Source: an uncultured virus (IMG/VR IMGVR_UViG_3300023180_000044) (lineage: Duplodnaviria > Heunggongvirae > Uroviricota > Caudoviricetes). Taken from it: a stretch of DNA of 20,000 nucleotides. Each line of letters opens with the position of its first letter. Within the stretch, counting starts at the first letter, position 1. The position numbers were made by a program, and so were the translations under genes. Positions 9,201 through 19,420 of the stretch are shown piece by piece. The DNA lies in the IMG/VR virus record IMGVR_UViG_3300023180_000044; one strand, 5' to 3'. The notes below the pieces were generated by a model. It was not told the DNA's origin and did no database searches. It was given only the letters and a program-made list of their open reading frames with translations.

Positions 9201-11957
9201 ATAACAATCATTTGCAGGTGGAGTTGCACTCGGTGTTTGTGTCGGTGTTGGTGTTTGAGTATGACTAGGTGTCGGGGTCGGACTCGGCGTTATAAAATCT
9301 TGCGGACACACCACATCAATGGCATCCAAGAAATTACCTCCCGCCTCTGATGAAGTTGCTGAAAACACTAGACTATAATCTGTCTCAGTCGCGGTGAAAT
9401 TAACTGCATTTAGAGTCCATGAACCTGTTAAACCTGTATATTCATTAGGGAAGAAATTCAAACCACTTGTTGCACCACTAAGACCTACTCTTAACGTATT
9501 ATCAAAACCTGTCCTACCTCTATGGGCAAACTGAACTTGATAATCGGTCCCGTTAACCGCTGTAAATGTTTGATATAATGATTGAGGGTCAGATGACTGA
9601 GCATTAATCTCTGCGAAATGTGTTCCTTCATATGCCGGAACCCCAAGAAATCCTGAAGCCCATATTTCAATAACATTTGACGAATCTGTCGTATTCCAAC
9701 CAGGTATACAATCTTCAGGGTAGAAGTGGGAGTTTGTAGTTCCAATACAATCAGCACCAACACAACCCGGAGGACACGGTCCCAAATCTGACATAAAGAT
9801 ATCAAATGAAGGGTTAATTAACCTACTACATGGTGTGGTAGGTGTTGGCGTTTGTGCCGGTGTTCCCGCAGGTGTTGAACTTGGTGTATATGTTGGTGTT
9901 TGAGTAGGAGTTTCAGTGTATGTCGGACTCGGAGTATATGTCGGCGTTGGCGTTTGCGTTCCTCCACCTGTTGAACTCGGAGTATGTGTCGGTGTTTGTG
10001 TTGGCGTCTCCGTAGGAGTTTCAGTATATGTTGGACTCGGAGTATATGTCGGTGTTGGCGTTTGTGTCCACGTTTGTGAAGGGGTATGTGTCGGTGTTGG
10101 TCTAGGTGTATCAGTATTTGAAGGTGTCGGCGTTGGTGTAGTTTCTTCACAAACACATGAACCATTTCGAGTCACAGTAACGAGAGCACTACCTATAACA
10201 CGAGGAGTAGAACACGAACAAACTCTGATTGTCTGAGCAGCAGATAATGTTATTTGAATTGTAGTATTGGTGTGATTATTACCTGAAAAACACTCACTAT
10301 ACTCAATAGTTGCCGATGTAAGTTCATTATTAGTAATAGTATATGAATCACAAGTATCACTCGGACAATCAGGCGCACATACACCACTTTGATTATACGT
10401 CAAATCACCACTACTAACAGTTATCCTACTACCATCACAGATACAAACCAATACACTTGATTTACCTGAAATATTAATAGTTACATTATTACCATAACAA
10501 TCATCAAAGTTTGCCGTTTGAGTGGTGGTACTATCATTAACAAACGAATATTCATTACAACTGTAACAACAGGCTGAAGGTAGTTGTGTTGGAGTTGGTG
10601 TCGGAGTAGGCGTATCTGTTTGTGTAGGTGTCGGTGTTGGAGTTGTAGTATCACACACCGTGTCACTACATCCAAGAGGAACAGAAACCGCATGTGAAGA
10701 AACAACATAACCAGAAAATATTACAGGTGATGGTCTTTCACCTACCGCAACATAACATCCGTCCGGTAAATCAGTAACACCTGTTATTTTATAAACATTA
10801 CCAGGATTAGGTGTAATTGGGAAGGCATTGTCCCAATCTAATTGCGGAGTTTTGTAATTATTTGTATCACTACTGTTACAAGGGTCAAAATAATAGTAAC
10901 TAACACACGGAGTATATGCGGTACACTCGTTACAGCTAACGTCAGCGACCACAGGATAGGTACTCGTCACAACACCGTTGACTGTGTATCCTGTTGGTAT
11001 TTGAAGAGGTCTATTTACACACTCACCATTAATAGTGATACCAGTATAATAAGCCTGAAGACCATTTATATTACCACCAGATGTGGAGTCACCTGTAAAA
11101 ATATACACAGTATCATCACAACAAGAAGACGCACTGTAATATAAAACATCACCACCCCCCGTAGTCTGACATTCCACACAATCAGTATATTCTTCAACTG
11201 TAACATCTGCAGTCTGACCAGTATATGGTGAAAGACATATATTACCAGGCGTAAAGCACGCATTAAAGTTTGTTTTATAAGCATTATTTTGATTCAAAGC
11301 TGAACCGTCTACTTTAATTTGCATAACAGGCACTGAGCACTGTGATTCATTTGCATCTAAAAAATACTCGTAACCATCAGCAACACTATTATAATATGAA
11401 ATTGCAGATGTGGCAGAGTAAGGAATTTTATTACTCGCCAAACAATCATTAATTGTCGCGTTGTTTCTATCAAAATTCTGAACATTACCCGATAACCACG
11501 TCCAAAATTCTGAAGAACCAGCCGACGCGAAAAGAAAACCTGAGGTATATTGGTTAGTGTCTGAACCAATAAATTCTGCAACAGTTTCATAAGCAGTATC
11601 CGCAGTATAAACATCACCGTTCAATGATAATATTGCATTTTGTCTATAAACATTAACCAACGGGAATGTTGGAATGTCCATACCAGTCTTAACAGTTGTG
11701 TTGCCTAATCCAAGCCACTCATTGTCCTTAATGACATAGTCAACGGTTTGAGACGGACCACTACTATCGTATATAATATCCCACGCCCTATGTTTGAAGT
11801 TGAAAAATATACTATATGTACCTCCTGTCGCATCTTGTAATCTATCATCATCAGGATATCCTGACAATCCCGTATCCCATTGGATATAATACGTATCACC
11901 AGTATATAATGACGCCGTAGTCGTCCTCTGTTTAATAGTAAAATAATAACTTGCCAT
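6252..11957 (-). CDS. Giant mosaic adhesin-like putative virion protein: Cys-rich modules, TP linkers, carbohydrate-binding-like domain, SprB repeats, C-terminal vWA-like domain (~1901 aa)
   Basis: ORF track gives 6252..11966. I moved the start to ATG at 11957 (MASYYF), which overlaps the upstream stop as TAATG. SprB-type units: [36 protein letters not shown] and [41 protein letters not shown]-like IFFDNSGSM. Jelly-roll-like LINPSFD...PGW...[10 protein letters not shown]...LYQTF...LDAIDV. Confidence 0.9.
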   Translation of the reverse strand: MASYYFTIKQRTTTASLYTGDTYYIQWDTGLSGYPDDDRLQDATGGTYSIFFNFKHRAWDIIYDSSGPSQTVDYVIKDNEWLGLGNTTVKTGMDIPTFPLVNVYRQNAILSLNGDVYTADTAYETVAEFIGSDTNQYTSGFLFASAGSSEFWTWLSGNVQNFDRNNATINDCLASNKIPYSATSAISYYNSVADGYEYFLDANESQCSVPVMQIKVDGSALNQNNAYKTNFNACFTPGNICLSPYTGQTADVTVEEYTDCVECQTTGGGDVLYYSASSCCDDTVYIFTGDSTSGGNINGLQAYYTGITINGECVNRPLQIPTGYTVNGVVTSTYPVVADVSCNECTAYTPCVSYYYFDPCNSSDTNNYKTPQLDWDNAFPITPNPGNVYKITGVTDLPDGCYVAVGERPSPVIFSGYVVSSHAVSVPLGCSDTVCDTTTPTPTPTQTDTPTPTPTPTQLPSACCYSCNEYSFVNDSTTTQTANFDDCYGNNVTINISGKSSVLVCICDGSRITVSSGDLTYNQSGVCAPDCPSDTCDSYTITNNELTSATIEYSECFSGNNHTNTTIQITLSAAQTIRVCSCSTPRVIGSALVTVTRNGSCVCEETTPTPTPSNTDTPRPTPTHTPSQTWTQTPTPTYTPSPTYTETPTETPTQTPTHTPSSTGGGTQTPTPTYTPSPTYTETPTQTPTYTPSSTPAGTPAQTPTPTTPCSRLINPSFDIFMSDLGPCPPGCVGADCIGTTNSHFYPEDCIPGWNTTDSSNVIEIWASGFLGVPAYEGTHFAEINAQSSDPQSLYQTFTAVNGTDYQVQFAHRGRTGFDNTLRVGLSGATSGLNFFPNEYTGLTGSWTLNAVNFTATETDYSLVFSATSSEAGGNFLDAIDVVCPQDFITPSPTPTPSHTQTPTPTQTPSATPPANDCYEGSTNGSYFYIDCCGFYQSGNSIGDAVTIDTSFNYSGITVNFTPTTQDCNYGPIQYDLIVSGTCDNPSGGEIIITPTQGVPPFSIVNSVPGTLPNSTSYYPFEFTGLTEGNYVFTLTDSASPNQTALISVWVDGCLDAIIDDYSGTTCSQDNGYLSVSGDSLSIPQNIELFKDSVSYTTVNLVNNPYSFNNLPNGDYYAIVTDFGGATAQTQTVTISGTSTLDFGLSGQSTSQCGFNTGEAGITGLTGQPPYTYLWSNGATGDTITGLSVGSYSVTVTDANDCQLTKSIAINSDNALGELSVNVVAANCLSADGEIEVNISGGTAPYLYQGSDGQSGTSSNTTFTFTGLSTGGYDVLVTDDYGCQLLIQSAIPSLGGIESVNWNLAYINCGSEATLTVYLQGDGNPFTYKLSGQTNGYQSTITSSNLNQQFPNLTDDTYTLTIESARGCVYSEDIVVSVTPKFTVSATTVDESCGNLNGSATITVGAGYTSPLDYILSNGQVLLDVGFSSYTFNNLPQGTYTIRVVDGDNCSIEENFVISGTPGVTVSIAKEECTPQSAATLTAQPVSGVAPFTYLWSNGNTTQSITGLGAGTYSVTVTDANGCSGTTSSTVLCTNQNIGDYQLVQVCEDQFTTTYTKRSIHSMLNEGFLDISSGSTNCVLVSAIFNYVIEFSGNTYEGPFYTGYTLNDYPSDSLWGETIEGVLSGITGIGHVEVDVFENTISITGECSSNERLTIDLKIDYVIDCGLPPMEVDEETEINIFFDNSGSMTSTETPLNIMASTILKPCLLPFYGNDSRLYDQRVRVRNFSDISNSYERGYKLLATEGSSPAITKVINLVFQDEASPPYIFSAKTWTNETERTESFNEDITTLRSVIENNNSNYIRGEYFQVNRPNDNPDNPLGLAFKTLLQSVENGEGQYVGEYGLSGKTQIHNTYDVVNGDTAQYYTNLIITALNNLGYNIPICNETPGDAETVFMFVPNLP
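7370..9030 (-). repeat. Array of about 7 SprB-repeat-like (PF13573-type) Ig-like units
   Basis: Recurrent 'C...xGxIxVxxxGGxxPYxY...FTGLxxGxYxVxVTDxxGC' pattern (e.g. [22 protein letters not shown]...[31 protein letters not shown]...[19 protein letters not shown]). Recognised by eye, not by HMM. Confidence 0.8.
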
Positions 11958-14926
11958 TACCCACAATCAATTGTTATGTTTATACCAATGTTGAGGTAAA
12001 TGGTTTTGTCAGTGAAATTGTCCATACAACTTGAGTTACTAATGGTGATTACATCATTATTAATAGAGTAATCCAAACCTTCTTGATATAAATACTGAAG
12101 CTTGTCATTTAACGCGTTGAACCAATCCGCGTTTGACGGTGCATCACTACCACCATATCCAATGTAAAAAATCTCCTGAACTAAGATGTCACTATCTAAT
12201 CTTAGGTCCACATACCACTGACTAACAATAGAATTAAGATTACACTCTGAAGTGGTATATCCATTTGATGCAATCAACGCTGAAACCTGATTAGATAATA
12301 TTTCTTGGAACGATTGTGCAGTAGTATTTGAACTATCTTCATCCCACGGATAAATAAAACAGTTCAATGTTTGGTCGATACAATCGTAAGGCAATAACGG
12401 TCCGTTGATAACACAAGGAACACAAGGAACAGGAACAATCTCACACCCTCTTTGTCTTCTCCACACTACTTTCTGTCTGTGGAAGACTGAGTTTTCCATT
12501 TTTTGACCTCCCGTCCATAACGTTGTCGCAGGAATAACCTGTTCCACCAATCTCATCCAGTAATCACCAATACCGTTGGTGAAGTCAATCATCTTTTGGT
12601 AGGTATACTGATTAGATGGAATGTTTACCGTATTTTGTGAGTCCAAATACTGCCAATATAGGTAGTTCAACGTCGGATAACTTCTACCAACACCACCTGA
12701 AGAATACATTCTGTTTCTTACGTTAATCATATTGGTGTAGAAGGTCTGAGCAAACTCAAAGAATGTCTTTTCCTTAACCATCGGATTAACCACCGTCCAA
12801 TCTATACCCCCTGGTGTTGGATATGGAGCGGTAAATCCTGTCGATGGAATAGGATAGTTGTAGTTTCTCGACATTTGGTAAACATCATAGGTCAAACCCT
12901 GACCCATATTCATATATAACTCAATATTTTTTCTGTTTAAGACCAATCTTTCGTCCGAAACTTTGTAATATGCGTTAAATCCTTGTGCTTTTCTCTGACC
13001 AACGTCAGTTGTTGTCCACGATTTTAAATTATCAGTCTCACGAGTGAGTTTGTAACCCAATCTCATGTAAGGGAAGTCCCTAAATCGGTCAAAGAACGGC
13101 TCACCATAAGAATACGGTTGTAATTCTGTCTGAACATTTGGATTTGCACCTGTAAATACTGAGTTTGTTAAGTCAATTTGTTCGTTGGCTCTGTGTTTGT
13201 CCGTTTGTTCGAACCATCCTGACCCCTTCTCAAAGAAATAGTCACTACTAAAGGTAGCATTTCTCGGATAACCCTCGTCATCCATAGGGTAATCTCTCCT
13301 ATTCTCAGTAACGTTGTAAACATTAATGTCTGTGGTCAACGCCGAGAAGGTCTGACCCATAATTGAGTAAGTATTGTTAGGGTCCAACGCAGGAATTACG
13401 TCAACATACGTCCCTCCACTGATTCTTACGAAGTTACTATCAAACTGAGAAAGGTTAATTGGACCATCCGCCAAATATACCGTCTCATTAAACTCAATAA
13501 GAGCATTCGGAGCTCCCGCCATTCTCATTAAGAACTCAATAGATTTTCTGGTACCCTTAGATTTGTATAACCACCCGGCATTTACGATTAACTTTCTATA
13601 ATAGTCATAGTTAATCTCTCTCGGAGTCATATCACGAGTTTGACCAGGGTAAATGGAATCGTTTTTGGTTCCAAATACTGAACTTAAAAAGTCTTCGTTG
13701 GTAATCGGTGAGTTGTTGGTGTTAAATCCTAATGTTCTCGCCAAATTCTTCAATAACTCTGAAGGGATATCGTTTTTAGGATTGTAATTCACCGAATTCA
13801 TAAATGCCAATGCATCAATGAATTTCTTTGTTTCATCAAAACTTCTACCGTAGATTTGCAAGGTCTTTTCAACCTTTTGGTCACCAGTATCGAACTCTTT
13901 AAACGCACCTGTGGTTAGGAAACGTGAGATAAGATTTGTCTTATACTCATCCAAATTCTCAGCAATCTCATTCAACCTCGTCAAATAGTTGTCAAACTTA
14001 GCACTTACAATGTCTAAGTTCCATAACCCATCCAAATACCATGTTACGGTTTTAGACGCCACATATTGTTTACCATTGTTGTCCTCAGTTGGAACTTGGA
14101 AAGTCGCACTATATTTTGGACGGACCATTCTATTCAATAAGAATTGTTCCACCTCATCGAACGGCTCGTCAAAGGCAACCTCTGTGTAATATTTGTTTGG
14201 TTTTAATAATAGTGTCTGTGTCGTTGAAGATGCACCACTAAATGGATTACCCTGAACAATAATCTCCAATGTTCCACCAGTAAGTGACGATGAAGGTGTG
14301 AAGTCGTTGAACTTATATTCCGTATCTCCTGTCCCAATGAATAACGCATACTTCTCAAACTCCGCAGTCATATTTCTTAACGGTGACACCTCATAAGGTC
14401 TCACTGAAATGTTTCTCGTAGCATTTTCTGAGTAGTCAATGTCCAAAGGATTGTATACCTTAATAACATCAACGGTCAATGTTGTCTCGTCTTCAACCGC
14501 ATCGTAACTGATGTTGTAAGCAGTATTACCCGTGTTGTAATTGACATCTAAACTGTTGACCTGTAAAGCCGCAGGGAAGAAATTGATAATCCTCGTAACT
14601 GATGCTGAAAATCTTTTTTGTAACGAACCATATAATGTGAAGTTGGTTACGTTGGTAATGTCGTAGTTTGGATAGACCTCGTAAAACTTAGATTGAATAC
14701 GTCTCGACTCCTCAACGGACTCCAAATCCATATTCTCCAAAGTGAACGGCGTAGAAAATACCCCAACATCAAACTTACGGTTTACCTTCTCAAAGACGGC
14801 AGTTGTAAACTCGAAGTTACCTTGCGTGAGACCTCCTCCTTCGACCAACTGAAAACCTACAAGGTCAGGTGAGAAAGTTTCATTCCCCGATGGGGGAGCT
14901 GGTGGGTATCTATACTTTTTTGCCAT
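11957..14926 (-). CDS. Putative baseplate wedge subunit (P2 gpI / T4 gp7-like core), 989 aa
   Basis: ORF track. Contains [15 protein letters not shown]...[30 protein letters not shown], matching the 'L..LA..LG ... R..I......Y..KGT..SI' pattern of contractile-tail wedge proteins, and later [12 protein letters not shown] (the 'x.P' closure motif). TAATG overlaps at both ends. Confidence 0.7.
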   Translation of the reverse strand: MAKKYRYPPAPPSGNETFSPDLVGFQLVEGGGLTQGNFEFTTAVFEKVNRKFDVGVFSTPFTLENMDLESVEESRRIQSKFYEVYPNYDITNVTNFTLYGSLQKRFSASVTRIINFFPAALQVNSLDVNYNTGNTAYNISYDAVEDETTLTVDVIKVYNPLDIDYSENATRNISVRPYEVSPLRNMTAEFEKYALFIGTGDTEYKFNDFTPSSSLTGGTLEIIVQGNPFSGASSTTQTLLLKPNKYYTEVAFDEPFDEVEQFLLNRMVRPKYSATFQVPTEDNNGKQYVASKTVTWYLDGLWNLDIVSAKFDNYLTRLNEIAENLDEYKTNLISRFLTTGAFKEFDTGDQKVEKTLQIYGRSFDETKKFIDALAFMNSVNYNPKNDIPSELLKNLARTLGFNTNNSPITNEDFLSSVFGTKNDSIYPGQTRDMTPREINYDYYRKLIVNAGWLYKSKGTRKSIEFLMRMAGAPNALIEFNETVYLADGPINLSQFDSNFVRISGGTYVDVIPALDPNNTYSIMGQTFSALTTDINVYNVTENRRDYPMDDEGYPRNATFSSDYFFEKGSGWFEQTDKHRANEQIDLTNSVFTGANPNVQTELQPYSYGEPFFDRFRDFPYMRLGYKLTRETDNLKSWTTTDVGQRKAQGFNAYYKVSDERLVLNRKNIELYMNMGQGLTYDVYQMSRNYNYPIPSTGFTAPYPTPGGIDWTVVNPMVKEKTFFEFAQTFYTNMINVRNRMYSSGGVGRSYPTLNYLYWQYLDSQNTVNIPSNQYTYQKMIDFTNGIGDYWMRLVEQVIPATTLWTGGQKMENSVFHRQKVVWRRQRGCEIVPVPCVPCVINGPLLPYDCIDQTLNCFIYPWDEDSSNTTAQSFQEILSNQVSALIASNGYTTSECNLNSIVSQWYVDLRLDSDILVQEIFYIGYGGSDAPSNADWFNALNDKLQYLYQEGLDYSINNDVITISNSSCMDNFTDKTIYLNIGINITIDCG

Positions 14927-15831
14927 TAGTTAACTACGCTATTGAAATTCTTACTGAAATCGATATTATCACCTCTATCTTGACGAACCTCGAACAATAG
15001 GTTGTTAAACTCATCTCTAATCTCAAACAGGTTATATTGTTTGTAGATATTGTTAGATGGGTCATAAAGAGTGTAGATACCATCCTCGATACTCTTGGTC
15101 TGATTACCGTAAAGAGCAATTGCTAAGGTATCAATATCATGTTCAGCCATTTGAATATCAATGGTAATTGGATTGAAGTATGTATTGGTAATGATGATGT
15201 TTTGGTCAGGTTGACCTATATAAGGGGTCGCTGACGGTTTGTTAGATGGTGCACTCGATGGAGAAAGAGTACAAAATAACAAATCACTACCACTATCCAC
15301 ATATCTGTATCTAATAGTCTTTTGTGAACTGTTTGTTAGATTCGTCGTCACTGGCTCACAATAAAATGACGAAGTAACTATTCTATAGAAGTTAGGAATT
15401 TTTGTTCCGTCATTATTCAAATACTCAACTCTGTAACCTACCAATCCTTGGTTGACAAATTTGTTTCTGAACTGAGGGTCCACATCGTTTAAGTCAACAA
15501 TGATACCCTTAACATTTGGTAATGCCGACAACACACCACAATCTAAGATAGTTGTTCTAATCTCAGCAGGTCTGATGTATAAGGTATAGATACCTGTTTT
15601 ATTGAACTCATTGGCAGGTAATCTTAAGTTGTATAACCCTCCCAATAGCTCGTTTGTATTACCGTTGGTATTTGAATTGTGGAAATATGGAGTGAGAATT
15701 GTGTTCGCATCCAAATTTTTCATCACATAATTATCAGTCACATCACGAGACTCAGTGTAGTGCATGATAATTTCTACGTCCTCAGGGGACATATCGGCTG
15801 GTCTTGTAATTCCGTAGGTTCCGAGTGCCAT
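14926..15831 (-). CDS. Hypothetical phage protein (probable baseplate/tail structural), 301 aa
   Basis: ORF track. Its stop overlaps the next start (TAATG) and its ATG lies 1 nt after the upstream TAA. Beta-rich composition; function inferred from context only. Confidence 0.8.
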   Translation of the reverse strand: MALGTYGITRPADMSPEDVEIIMHYTESRDVTDNYVMKNLDANTILTPYFHNSNTNGNTNELLGGLYNLRLPANEFNKTGIYTLYIRPAEIRTTILDCGVLSALPNVKGIIVDLNDVDPQFRNKFVNQGLVGYRVEYLNNDGTKIPNFYRIVTSSFYCEPVTTNLTNSSQKTIRYRYVDSGSDLLFCTLSPSSAPSNKPSATPYIGQPDQNIIITNTYFNPITIDIQMAEHDIDTLAIALYGNQTKSIEDGIYTLYDPSNNIYKQYNLFEIRDEFNNLLFEVRQDRGDNIDFSKNFNSVVN

Positions 15832-15832
15832 T

Positions 15833-16912
15833 TTACACGTTATTTATTTTGAAGAAACCATAACCGTATGAAGTTAGGTCTCCTATATTATCGACTTCAC
15901 CCAATCTTTCCAATCCTTCGAAAGCTGAGTTCTTGCCCCTCTCTATAAATACTTCACTCTGAATTTCTGGTGAAGATACCATATCAATTAAAACTTCTTG
16001 TTTTGTAATTGCACTTGCAATGATGTCATTGGATGTTAATCCTGATGAATTGGCAATAAAAACTGTGGTTCCGTCACTATAATCATAATAAGTAACTCCA
16101 TTAATTGTATACCCCGTTTTATCTGGGTCCATAACATTAATAACACCATATACCTGACCGTTCTTAAATATTGGAACGTTAGTTGCATATTGGATGGAAC
16201 CGTATTGTTTTAAATCTGTGATTTGGCTTGTTGTATATCCTGACACTAAATAAGGAACAGATACATAATTTGAAGATATTTGGTCGGCAACAGTATTTGC
16301 CGCATCACCACTGAAAATGAAGTTGTAAGACAACGGAGTACCCGCCCAACTACCACCTTGAGGTGTGAAGGTAATGTTCCCCTGAGGATTTGGTATTGTT
16401 GCTCCCGTCATAGGGATATGGACCGTCTTTGAAACTTCTGTGACACCCCATGGATTGGTCTGAGTAAGACTGATGGTATATTCACCATTGGTAATGTAAG
16501 TGTGTGATAAAAAGTTTGGTGAGGTTGTCGTAATATTCTGAGTGGGTGAACCGTCACCCCAATCAACCACATAGTTGTTCAGTTGTAAGAATTTTTTTAA
16601 CTCCGTCTCTGACGTGTTATAAACCTGAACATTATAAACACCACTACCTGAGGTAAATAAGAAATTGTTGGTTACTTCTTTCTGTAGGATATACCCATCA
16701 AAAGGTGTGTAATACCCCAAATCATTAAATGATTGTTTGAACATAATAGGAATGGTAAGACCTGTAAGTAAACTACTTCCATTGGTACCACCACTTAAGA
16801 TGTCAGCCATGCTGTCGTAAACATCAAAAGTGTTACCACTATAGGTCTGAGGAATAAGGTCTCCCTCAATTACCCCTGGTGAAATCTTTATGTAATACTT
16901 TTCACTTTCCAT
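15833..16912 (-). CDS. Hypothetical structural protein with a PKD-like domain, 359 aa
   Basis: ORF track. YVVDWGDGSPTQNITTTSPNFLSHTYITNGEYTISLTQTNPWG matches the PKD/Ig-like 'WGDGS...HTY...G.Y.I.L...N' signature. TAATG overlap at the start. Confidence 0.82.
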   Translation of the reverse strand: MESEKYYIKISPGVIEGDLIPQTYSGNTFDVYDSMADILSGGTNGSSLLTGLTIPIMFKQSFNDLGYYTPFDGYILQKEVTNNFLFTSGSGVYNVQVYNTSETELKKFLQLNNYVVDWGDGSPTQNITTTSPNFLSHTYITNGEYTISLTQTNPWGVTEVSKTVHIPMTGATIPNPQGNITFTPQGGSWAGTPLSYNFIFSGDAANTVADQISSNYVSVPYLVSGYTTSQITDLKQYGSIQYATNVPIFKNGQVYGVINVMDPDKTGYTINGVTYYDYSDGTTVFIANSSGLTSNDIIASAITKQEVLIDMVSSPEIQSEVFIERGKNSAFEGLERLGEVDNIGDLTSYGYGFFKINNV

Positions 16913-17712
16913 TATGGATTAACATACTCATACCATTTTATTGGATTGGTAACACTATCACCAATTCGTTGTCCCTGAAGTGTTTGAACTTCATATTCAT
17001 AAGTATTGTAGTCCAACAATACTTTTTGGTAGAAATAGTCACTTTTGTTAAAAGTAAACTTACTACCCATCGACGCTTGAGGTGTCGTCATAAACCTAAC
17101 AAACTCCCCAATCTTCGCATTGAAGAACTTCGCACTCATATAAAACTCGTCGATGTCAATGTATTCCCTACTCTTTAACCAATACACAAAGAACCCTTCC
17201 TTATCACCAACATAATCCAATTGGAAGTTAGGTGTTTCAATGTCCACAATTTTTGCATTTGCGCCTGAACCAGTTTGTCCTGTTATTGTTTGACCCTGTT
17301 GTGTTGGGAAGATAAGGGTTAGGTAAATCTGCTGTGTTTCAGTATCAGGAGTATCATAGAAATCCAACTTAAAGAAACTCTGAGTAAATGAGTTTACACC
17401 ATAGTAAATCTCATCATAGGTAAAGGTCTCTGCAGTATAGTTTGTTGAATACTGTGACAATGTTGCTGCAGATATCGGCAATGAGTTTGGGAAAAACTCA
17501 AAATCATAAAAGATTTTAGTTAATCCACCCCCATAAGGTTTGTGTTCAAATCTTGCAACCTCAAAGTCCTCGATAGGGTTAATGACCTGTTCAATGACCT
17601 CTTGCTCGTATTGGTCAATTAAGTCATCACGACCCACATTATCCCAAACCTGTTCCAACGGAATTTGGATTTGTCTTTCTATACCTGTATTTGGAAATCT
17701 ATAGTTATTCAC
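16912..17712 (-). CDS. Hypothetical phage protein, ~266 aa
   Basis: ORF track gives 16912..17721. The start is uncertain: TTG 17721, ATG 17718, or GTG 17712 (GTGAATAA overlapping the upstream stop). Aromatic/acidic beta-rich sequence (SFFKLDFYDTP, GFFVYWLK, FYMSAKFFNAK). Confidence 0.8.
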   Translation of the reverse strand: MNNYRFPNTGIERQIQIPLEQVWDNVGRDDLIDQYEQEVIEQVINPIEDFEVARFEHKPYGGGLTKIFYDFEFFPNSLPISAATLSQYSTNYTAETFTYDEIYYGVNSFTQSFFKLDFYDTPDTETQQIYLTLIFPTQQGQTITGQTGSGANAKIVDIETPNFQLDYVGDKEGFFVYWLKSREYIDIDEFYMSAKFFNAKIGEFVRFMTTPQASMGSKFTFNKSDYFYQKVLLDYNTYEYEVQTLQGQRIGDSVTNPIKWYEYVNP

Positions 17713-19420
17713 AATCATCAATTAATGGTTGAACAATCACATTGGCCTTATTCACATTTCGTAAAGGTTGGAATTGTAAGAAGTTTATTGGTCTAAATGG
17801 ATAATGGGAACCATTTAAGAATGGATGGTCCACACCGTTTCCTGAAGTATCGATATATCCATAAGGGTACAAATCTCTCCATCTCCATTTATTCTCATTT
17901 GACGAGAAGAAGGCATAATCAGGAATGTTATCCACCTCACCAGGAGCAGCATCTTCAACATACCCTGAGAAGTCTCTAACTTTAATCTCATGGTGAGGTT
18001 GGTATAGATAACCACTCGGTAAATTGTTGGACCCATTCTTAGTTTGGAACCACTGAGAATTATAAGAATACTTATGATACATCTTAGAAAGAACCGACTC
18101 TTCCATCATAAAGTCATTCCACTCACAGAAGTCACCTTTAATAACATCACCAACATTGAGGTCTTCATTGTAGTAAAATAGTTGACCACTATTCGCAGGA
18201 TATTGATAAGAGTTTGCTACAATCGCATTATCTTTGTTAAGAGATGATGACCTGTCCCACCATCCATCAATTCTATTCGTTAAGAAGTTAAAGTCCCAAC
18301 CGATATCAATCGCAGATATATTCTGACCAACAGGTCTATTAAACCAACCCATATATCCTTTGTTAACCACAGTAACAAAAAGTTGAGTTATCGGTAAGTC
18401 GTTGTTGTCTCTATATAAGGAGATATCAATATCCTTCTCAAAAGTATAACCACAGGTTTGGTTACCATCTTTTACTGATACTCTTTGAAGATTATTTGGA
18501 GTCAATGCGGAATACTCCAACTTTTTTTCTACCCTAAATGGGTTTCTCTCAAACCCCATCTTTGTGACATTCACATCAGAGACCTCAGTTAAGATGGTAT
18601 GTTTTCTAATATAATAGTTGGACCTGGTCTCAGCAGAATTATTGATGTTAATAATACGTTTAAACGTACCAGTGGCGTTATTGGTAAACGGACCGTTTTG
18701 ATATCCCAAATCAAAGATGGTAAACACCTTCTCTTCATTACCATAATATTGGTCTCCCAAACTATATACTTGGAAGGTATTCTTTCCGTTGTAGTTAAAT
18801 GATGTTTCCACCCATTCACCAACACTCAAATTGTGTCTCGTCCCACAATGGAAGAAGATTAACTTCTTACCATTAACCACCTGATTTCTAATCACAAATG
18901 GAACACCATCCGCGGCTGTGAATATTGTCGACGCACTAAACTCTTCATTGTAATACCTCATCGACTGAGTGTCGTCATTCTCTGAAGGATAAGAAAGGTA
19001 TACCGACCAGTTATATGTCCCCGCACTCTTTGGAATAAACGGAATGTGGTTGTCAACAGAGCGGGTTCTAAAGAACGAAAACTCATCGTATTGTGGGTAT
19101 CCCTTCCATACACCTGAAGTCACTGAACTAACGGCACCTAAATAAAAAAGACTATCCCTAAACGGAGTATAAGTCATCGACTTTCCTGACAACGAATTGT
19201 TAAAGATATTTGTAATCTTGCCTGCAACCCTGATAGTATCACTTGATTGTCTCTCTTGGTCAAACCTTTCGGCTAGATTTAACAATACTGTTCTATCCCC
19301 CTCAACGAACTCTCTCTTGGTAACATTTAACCCCGCCTGAACGGTAATGTCACTATTTGGAGCCCCTTGATATTTCTTTGAAGGGATTACAATTCTCATA
19401 TTACTCGTTTGTTCACTCAT
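17705..19420 (-). CDS. Hypothetical phage protein (probable structural), 571 aa
   Basis: ORF track. ATGA overlap with the upstream gene at 19417-19420. C-terminal WRWRDLYPYGYID...DHPFLNGSHYPF segment; no recognisable catalytic motif. Confidence 0.82.
   Translation of the reverse strand: MSEQTSNMRIVIPSKKYQGAPNSDITVQAGLNVTKREFVEGDRTVLLNLAERFDQERQSSDTIRVAGKITNIFNNSLSGKSMTYTPFRDSLFYLGAVSSVTSGVWKGYPQYDEFSFFRTRSVDNHIPFIPKSAGTYNWSVYLSYPSENDDTQSMRYYNEEFSASTIFTAADGVPFVIRNQVVNGKKLIFFHCGTRHNLSVGEWVETSFNYNGKNTFQVYSLGDQYYGNEEKVFTIFDLGYQNGPFTNNATGTFKRIININNSAETRSNYYIRKHTILTEVSDVNVTKMGFERNPFRVEKKLEYSALTPNNLQRVSVKDGNQTCGYTFEKDIDISLYRDNNDLPITQLFVTVVNKGYMGWFNRPVGQNISAIDIGWDFNFLTNRIDGWWDRSSSLNKDNAIVANSYQYPANSGQLFYYNEDLNVGDVIKGDFCEWNDFMMEESVLSKMYHKYSYNSQWFQTKNGSNNLPSGYLYQPHHEIKVRDFSGYVEDAAPGEVDNIPDYAFFSSNENKWRWRDLYPYGYIDTSGNGVDHPFLNGSHYPFRPINFLQFQPLRNVNKANVIVQPLIDDCE

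Noticed and set aside
6252..11957. Calling this gene sprB of a bacterial gliding-motility locus
   Set aside because: No signal peptide or T9SS C-terminal domain was seen, there are no sprC/sprD/sprF or gld neighbours, and SprB repeats make up under a third of the protein, in a phage-like structural context.
2008..11957. Eukaryotic or giant-virus (NCLDV) origin suggested by mucin-like and Cys-rich proteins
   Set aside because: Intron-free genes with TAATG/ATGA overlaps, a contractile-tail wedge-like motif and Bacteroidota-type motifs fit a bacteriophage better. This is not formally excluded without hallmark genes.
443..18825. Other short ORFs in the track nested in or antisense to the long genes (e.g. 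443..649, 2051..2278, 3483..3752, 9036..9350, 9491..9805, 10842..11144, 13989..14189, 16879..17178, 18589..18825)
   Set aside because: They are fully overlapped by long coherent minus-strand CDSs and have no recognisable motifs.
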